Assembly (NCBI GenBank): GCA_964016885.1
Contig: OZ024740.1
Location: forward strand, 80,662,001-80,726,000
Source of the DNA: Eledone cirrhosa
Lineage: Eukaryota
Direction of reading: 5' to 3'
Length of the DNA stretch: 64,000 nt
In this document: positions 56,061 through 64,000 of the stretch, in pieces
Layout of the letters: each line of letters begins with the position of its first letter
Numbering within the stretch: the stretch's first letter is position 1
Notes under the pieces: generated by a model
The model's input: the letters and a program-made list of their open reading frames with translations, nothing else
What the model was told of the DNA's origin: nothing
The model's database searches: none
Translations under genes and position numbers: made by a program

Positions 56061-58938
56061 GCAGCCCAACCCCTGGGAATCTCCAGCGAAATTTTTTTTT
56101 AAAGGTAGTAGTATTCCTGCGACAATAAATTTTCTCTCTATATATTAACAATCATTATACATGATAAAAAGGTACATTACTAGAAATCCCATACCTTATA
56201 AAATAGGTTGGAGTCTCAATATGCAAATTAAACGAATAATTCTGGTTTGTAATAAAATCAACAGAGGCAACCTAGACAGATTACCGATTTTCCAATTCCA
56301 CCGCTTATTGTGCACTTCTTCCCTGCATCTGTCAACGTATAGCCGTCCACTGGGAAAGATAACCTTGTCGATATCATTGCCCTAGAAATGTCTTAAAGAG
56401 CTATGACATAGATTGTTCATTTATACGAAACCAATAAAAGAATGAACAAGAAAAACTCACACTTTACAAATATGAATATAAAACACTTGCCAACGGTTAA
56501 TATAACCATGAAAAAGTGGAACCTCCAATCGCGTCAAGGAAAAAGTATCAAGAATAAAAATTTCAAGACGATTTGTTTTCGAACATAGAACTAAATTATT
56601 GGAAGAAACAAATTATACAATTTGGAAATGGATGAGACAAGTTGCCTTCTGTAAAACTCACGTATGTGAAGTAGATGGTAAGTTAAAATGTATGAAGTAA
56701 CCAAAAAAGGAAGTAAATATATTTTAACATGAATAGAACAAAGTTAATACAGACACTCAATACACTCCTTTTATAAGTGAAGTAGTGCTTTCCATTTTTC
56801 CCTGAATATATTTTTATATGATCATTATTTAAGAAAACATCATTGCAAAGAGATATAGGATGTTTCGATCGAAACAAATGGTAATTAAATGAATCTTATA
56901 TCAATTGAATGCATTTTTGTGTCAGTAGTTCTTTACAATAGTTTTTCAACAAATGTTTGGCACTCCGCAGTGTGATTGTTATAAAAGTTAATGCTATTAG
57001 CTTTAAGACAACATTAAATTGAAAGCATCAGTAGTTTCTAAAGTAAATAAATAACTTACATTATTTTGTTACATTCTGTTGTGTACTTAATTCAAATCTC
57101 TTCGGGGTCGATTTTGATTTTATTTCATCTTAATAGGGTCAGTAACAGTTCACTCAGTTTAATCAATTCTACCCTGAACTTTTGAGATCAGAGTATGATA
57201 TCGATACTTTAAAATCACGTGTACTGTTTATTTCAGTCGAATACATCTTATGTAGATACATGGACACAAATCCTCAAAATAAGAGATGAATCAAAATAAG
57301 AAGTGTGACATTCGTCCGTATTCATTATGTCAATTTGGAGCAAATCCTTAACTTTATATGATTAATGAAATGCTAATTAGATGTTTCCTGAACTTGGCTA
57401 TACATGTTGAAGAAATATATTAGCTCGTTTTATAAAAGTGTTAGAAAAATTTTACTGTTTCGTAAGTTTATCTTGAATGTAGATACCGAAACCTTCGCAA
57501 ATCTAAGAAACATTCATCCACAACCAGTACGAGAGAAGCATAGACAAGATTGGATATTTAAAGAATTTAGCACAATCATCCTCTTAGTATATCTTTCGAC
57601 ACTAATCTTAGAATCATCAGGATTGTAGCTGCGTTAGATTTCATTGCAGGTTAGTACTCCCATATACAAAGACAAGTGACGATATAGCTCTTGCAACATG
57701 GCATCGTAAATCACCTCGTAGTCAATATAAATATATCTATAAAGGACATATTTAATCGAAGCATATCCTAATATAATGACATTGAGGCATATGCATCAAG
57801 TAAGAAGACACAAAATGCGGAACATGCCCTATAAAATAGTCAATATACGAAAGAGAACATACAACTACAGCATGAGAACAGAAACTAATATAGCACACGA
57901 ATTCCTGTCCCTGCTACGTAAACATTCCTTGTTTAATAAAATAACAACCCAAATATCATACTAAAACCCACATTAACAAACTGAAACACTACAATCAGTG
58001 TACTTACCTACAAATTCACGAAAGAAAAAACACTTTTGTATACACCTAAAGACAAAAAAATCTAAAAATTACTCAAGGGGTGCTAAGAGGATGGGTATGG
58101 TTAATTCTTTAAATATCCAATATAGGTATTTACTACAGCATACACAGTGTTTAAGGACAAGAGATAAAATATTCCATGTCTGTTTCCCAATATGTTCAGA
58201 TTTTAAAAAATACTGGAATTAGCATTACATGTAAAAGCTCGAGTAGCATTGAAAATAGAACCCATATTTTAATTAAATTACCTGTTAGCATCACCAGGTG
58301 TTTCAAGGGGTGTATATCAGAACGTAGAAATCTACCAGAGGTTATCACACGAATATGACTGTCTATACAATATCTGTGCTATGTTTCAGTAGAGATTGAT
58401 TTAACATTCTTCATTAAAATAAAGTCATGTGAATCTCGACTACAAAATTGCTGAAGCGCACTCTCTATCTTATTATTTCGTTGTTTCATTCTCCGAAGAA
58501 AATAAAGTAGCAACTTCTTAGACGAAGAAAAAGGACTGTTTTTTTAGGTAAAGTTTACCCCGATAGAAAGTATTGCCCAGCATTAATGGCTATATACAAT
58601 CACTGACAAAAGAAAGGACATTTTCCTAAAGTTTTTATAAAAACATCTTTATAGATCTATTTTATCCATTAACATTTTCAAGTGAGGTAAAAGCTATTTT
58701 CTCTCCAGGACTTTGGCATGCTGCCACTTTAGTTTGGTTAATGGACACATTAAATGCTTTGGTGGATTAATGCAGTGATTTTATGTATGTATGTATGTAT
58801 GTATGTATGTATGTACGTATGTATGTATATACACACACACACACTCACAGTCACGTGCAGTCACACACACACGCGCACCCCCACCTACACACAACCCACA
58901 CACGCGCACCCCCACCTACACACAACCCACATACATAC

Positions 58939-58972
<34 letters not shown>

Positions 58973-60177
58973 CACACATATATATATATTTCCAAATCTC
59001 TATATACATTATTATTCTTAAGAAGCTGATAAAGGTTTACATAAAAACAACCCATCTATTTCAGAGCTGAACACGTCTGTCAAGTAACTTGATCAGAGTA
59101 ACTATCTATCATTCATAATAAACTTTGGGTTACTCTGTTGAACAAACACGTATTTTCACACCCGATCGAAATAATAATACACAAATATTTAATATCTCGA
59201 ATATGATATAGTTCTTTACTTTACTTTCATTTTTTAAATTATATTAGACTTACCACACAAGTAGTCGTATATACTACAGTATCTTGCATTTCAGTAAACT
59301 AAATATTTTCTTCCTTTTTTGTACTTTATAACATGAGAATTTCATTTTAGTTTGATTACTATTTAATATTCCTTTCTTGATCATTTGTCTTATATGATTA
59401 GTTTTCCAATAGAACATTATTACAAAATAATATTGCCATAAATTTCAGAAAATTTATTTAGAAATAAAAAAAACTGTGTTTTCAGACATAACGATCAATG
59501 CTAAAATTTTCTGGCAATTTACTTTGTGAAAATTTAACGCACTCCGGTCAGAAGTTTCATTATTACTCAATTGAAATGATGCTTTGAATCACATCATATT
59601 GCCTTTACGTGCTGCAATGTTGTTTTCGTTGCCTTTATTGTCGGACTTTAGTATTTTTATACTCTCTACGGATTATTGTCAACTATCTACACACTACTAC
59701 TTACAGTCATACTTTATTATCATGTTTTCGTTGACTTTTCGTGTTTTATCGCTAGTATTTTTGTTAATGTTTTCAGGTTGTTTTAGCTACAAGAATCTTG
59801 AACTTAAATTTTGCAAACCTATATCTATAAGGTGTTTGTGACTGAATTAGTAATTAAAGAAAAGGGGAAACATAAATTTCCTAACAATAGTTGATATGAA
59901 TTTATTTTTTATTTAATGTAATTTGATTTAAAGAGATAAATTAAAATATATTATATACTAAAAGACAATTTAAGATTTTGGCTTTGTTGATTTAAGAAAT
60001 GAATAAATATACAAACACACATACACACGCACGCACCTTTACACACATATGCATACGCCTTCACACACATGTTCATATGCTTTCACACAAAGACAGACAC
60101 ACACACGCACAGACACACACGGACACACACACGGACACACACACGGACACACACACTCACAGATAGACACACATACA

Positions 60178-60226
<49 letters not shown>

Positions 60227-60270
60227 GTAAATGTTTGAAATTTAGTCAACCTAAAATAAATGGGTATGAT

Positions 60271-60404
60271 AATAATTGTTTCTACTATTGGCACAAGGCC
60301 AGCAATAACCCAGTACATTACTGGTACTTTATTTTATCGACGCCGTAAGGATGTAAAGCAAAGTTAACCTCGGCGGAATTTGAACTCAGAATGGCAACGG
60401 CCTT
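60271..60404 (-). mobile_element. SINE family 1, 5'-truncated
   Basis: Core and tail match the family. Confidence 0.85.
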
Positions 60405-60765
60405 ATGATAATAATAATAGTCGATCATTGTAAACAATAGAGGAAACGGAGTAAATTATCATTGAATACAGAAAGAATTGGACAATGGCGTCTGTGAATA
60501 ATTAATACCGTACATTTCACCACATCAGTCATTGTTCTGTAGCAATCTGTGTATTGTGATAATTCTTGATCAGTGTTCTTTTTTTATTCCATTGCACTTT
60601 AAGGTAAATATCAGAATCACGGAAATTGCACCCAGTATTGCATTAGAAACGGCTATAAAAGCTTTCAAATAGGAACAAAATCAGTGAAACCGTTTCAAGG
60701 TTTACTTCACTACACGCTATCGTGTAAAACTGAAATTATTACAAAATAACCGCAGACAGCTAGAA

Positions 60766-60859
60766 TAATAATAATAATAATAATATTCTTCTTCTTCTTC
60801 TTCTTCTTCTTCTTCTTCTTCTTCTTCTTCTTCTTCTTCTTCTTCTTCTTCTTCTTCTT
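60766..60859. repeat. (AAT)n-(TTC)n compound microsatellite
   Basis: Read directly; lies at the tail of the adjacent minus-strand LINE. Confidence 0.95.
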
Positions 60860-61720
60860 GATCTCCAAGCTTCGCACTCTATCGAGTAAATTTACTCCAA
60901 AAGCCCTTCGGAGGAACCCGTTTTCGGCTGCTTGTATTCGTGATCGTATTCTTTGTCATTACCAAAGATTCATGAGCACAGACAAGGGTTAACACGAATA
61001 CCGAATTGAAGATAGCGAGTTTGTCTTTTACACATACCCCTCTTCTTTTGATTACCGAGGCTGAAGCTAGCACATTACTGCACCAGCTCCTGCAATTCTT
61101 GCATTTAATTCAGCCTCCTGTCTTCCATCACTCATGAACAAGGCGCCGAGATACTTGAACTTCTCCACATGCTATGGCTGTACCTATCTGATGAGAGAAG
61201 AACCATTGACACGCCGTCATAGCTGGTGTCGTTGAGGACTTCTTAGTAAATATTTGGCAGATAGTGAATAAACTTGCACTTCCCACAGAGAACTATGTTT
61301 CAGCCTAAGCTTCAAGAGCAAATACTCCCTTCTAATGTGATCCAGCCCATAACGCATTCTGACTGCCAGGGACTGTGAGTATGCACACTGCCACTTCTGC
61401 AGTCGTTTCTGGCATCACACCTGAATAGTGAAGTATTCCTCCTCTATCCAAGTCTATAGTCCCAGAGCCACGAGACTTTATTGAGGAAATCCGGACCTTA
61501 TCTAACCGGAAGCATCTATCCTCCTCCACTAGTTCCTGCTCCTTACCTGTAAGGGTTGTAATGTTCCAGGTTTCAATTGTTAAGGTTTTCTCCCTTCCAA
61601 ATCTTCTTTGTGGTCTCGGGGTACACAATCTTTGTGAGTCCATCAAACGCCACCCAGGGCATGTTACAGACCCATCGCCAGGTTTTGTGACATCAAATGT
61701 ATTTTTCAAATAGGCCACTC
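60860..61720 (-). mobile_element. internally deleted RTE-like LINE
   Basis: AP-endonuclease start LTIETWNITTLTGKEQELVEE (61332-61718); post-RT VEKFKYLG and KLAIFNSVFVLTL (60880-61170). Confidence 0.8.
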
Positions 61721-62131
61721 AACCTAAGACCTGAACGCGTCCCTTGTTAACCCAAGCAAAGGACGATGCAGTACGGCTTTTTTCCGTGCCTCTCACCACA
61801 TTGATATTTTTATTCGCGCAAAGACTAGCTTGTTTTAGAGGTTGCCTTTATTTGCCTCTTCATAGTTACATCATTGGGTTATGAAAAATTTCTTGGGAGC
61901 TGCAGGTGTCACACATTGCGTCATTTGTCCTAGTAGCTGATCGGTGTTGATTGGTCCGGGGCTACTGTTTCTTTCGGCAGCTGCCCGCTTATATTGCAAC
62001 AGACCATCATATCGCTATCCGCCACCTGTGACACGTTCTCTAGAAAAGCAGCTCTGTCGAGAAGCAAAGCAGCTAATGTGTGTATCCTTCCATGCTTAGT
62101 GTGTTACCCTGCCTGTTCTCGGCTCGGCAGA

Positions 62132-62169
<38 letters not shown>

Positions 62170-62396
62170 AAATGGGGAGAAGAATACTGCAGATTGCACA
62201 TGGATAACATGTTATAAAATGAGTCCCTCATCAGTGATTTGCCAACGATCATAGATATTTCATTGCATTAAAAATCATATACCTCACGTTGGTGCAATAA
62301 TAACTAAATTAAGTTATTAGGACAATTAAAAGGCGTAAAGCGAGTGAGACAAGTAACAACAAAGAGGAAAGCTAACCGTAGAAAGGAAGGGTACAA

Positions 62397-62531
<135 letters not shown>

Positions 62532-62929
62532 GTAATTGTTGTTGCAGGTGGCGACTGCGATGGAGTAGTTACTCTCGATTATAGAGTTTTTTGTTCTGGA
62601 TATGGATATCACTGCGACCAACACCGCCACGGTCGCTCGATTCTCACGTCTCTCCACCGTAACCAGATAATTGATACTCTAGATAGCTTGATTTATCAGT
62701 TAGACTTTATGGCTATACGGCACCACCTAACAACTACCCTGGGCTGCACAGCATTCTTCAAGTAAGCTTAGCCTCGTTCACAGCTCTACTACCACCGTCT
62801 CCATCCTCGCCGTCGACACCGTCGGTGTTGATGTTGTTGTTGTAGACGTTTTAGTTGCCGACCGAATCACCACGAGGTTTTACGTTTTATACTGTAGTTA
62901 TGTATTGTTTCTTTATTCCCTACTTTACC

Positions 62930-64000
62930 ATTAGAGAACAGTCAGGAATTAGAGAAAAACACCATGGAACGTAACCGGCAATTAGCTAACTCCATCCACC
63001 AGAGAATTAGAGTTACTATAGACTACCCAAGCAAACACCTCAACCATCGATTACCTGTACTAGACACAGAGCTCTGGTTAGAAACCATTAATAACAAAAA
63101 TCAAATCCTCCATTCCCATTATGCCAAACCCATGACTTCCAAATATCTGATCCACCGAAACTCAGCTGTTTCGGACCACACCAAAATCAATATACTGATT
63201 GCGGATTTAGTACGGGTGATTGGAAACGTGTCCCGCATGTGCAACCCCAAAGAACTAGAGAGACACATACAACACTTCATGCACCGTATGCAGTTCTCTG
63301 GTTACAACCAGAGAGATAAAATCAGAGTATATAGAGGAGCCAGAACCAAATGGGAAAAAATGGTAAATAATGAAACAAATGGGACCTCCCCCTTGTATAG
63401 GAGCAAATTTTGGAATAGAATAGACAGAACCAGGAATAAGGTTAATAGAATAAACTCATGGTATGATAGCAATAAATACCAGAGTGTAATGTTCATCATA
63501 CAACCCCTAGAGGTGAATTAGCATACACATTTAGAAGGGCCCTAGATAAACTTAAACTAAATATTAAGATAGTGGAAAGACCAGCTACCTCCATAAAAAC
63601 ACTTATTAGTAATACATACCCTTTTCAAAGACCTCCCTGTATAGATAAGAAATGCATAATCTGTAAACTAAGCCCCCATATTAACTGTAAAACTAGAAAC
63701 ATAGTATATAGCATAAGATGTACTGAAGGACAATATAGAGATAAGAATATAGTGTACATAGGTGAGACAGCTCGGAGTATAGGAGAACGATTAAATGAAC
63801 ACTGGCGAGAACTTCAAGATAGTAAAGAATCATCAGTAATCCACCAACATGGTAAAATAGAACATAAGGGCAAATTAGAGAACATAGAAATAAAAATAAA
63901 ATCGACACACAGAAAAGAGGCAATGTTAGACAAATCACAGTGGCAATAAACATAAATGAATTCCAACCAAAATTAAATAGAAAACATAAATGGAACAGCA
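62930..64000 (+). mobile_element. PLE C-terminal half (late RT, thumb, GIY-YIG), runs off the window
   Basis: LPVLDTELW, HYAKPMTSKYLIHRNSA, MQFSGY, CIDKKCIIC, CKTRNIVYSIRC...YIGETARSIGER. Confidence 0.92.

Noticed and set aside
62170-62240. Minus-strand CTGATGA, and similar hits at 26072, 39220 and 57615
   Set aside because: Missing GAAA box and/or stem I pairing.

Overview
AT-rich, microsatellite-saturated eukaryotic DNA with no recognisable host-gene exon; nearly all ORF-track entries are microsatellite or antisense artefacts. The SINE families resemble, from memory, those of octopod cephalopods. The window is a pile-up of retroelements, mostly bounded by (TA)n tracts. It holds at least 9 Penelope-like element (PLE) copies or fragments (a GC-rich Neptune-like copy, three Naiad-like copies, two ~5-kb copies of a two-ORF family, three fragments of a further family), a Tx1/L1-type LINE sitting in (TCTA)n, RTE/CR1 scraps, two decayed mariners, about 10 tRNA-derived SINEs, MITE-like hairpins and a 2.2-kb palindrome. 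Main observations: (1) both copies of the two-ORF PLE join a coiled-coil/disordered ORF1 to the RT-GIY-YIG ORF through an in-phase U_UUU_UUA slippery site, a 7-nt spacer and a stem, i.e. a gag-pol-like -1 ribosomal frameshift; these copies lack a recognisable hammerhead but carry E2F/CCAAT/E-box clusters in their terminal repeats. (2) About 16 hammerhead-ribozyme (HHR) motifs were found by eye. They include small non-coding retrozyme-like units abutting PLEs, an inverted copy that starts at a predicted cleavage site, a U3-A8 core variant with a 75-nt stem II, and one HHR split by a SINE. All structures were folded by eye and none was computed.
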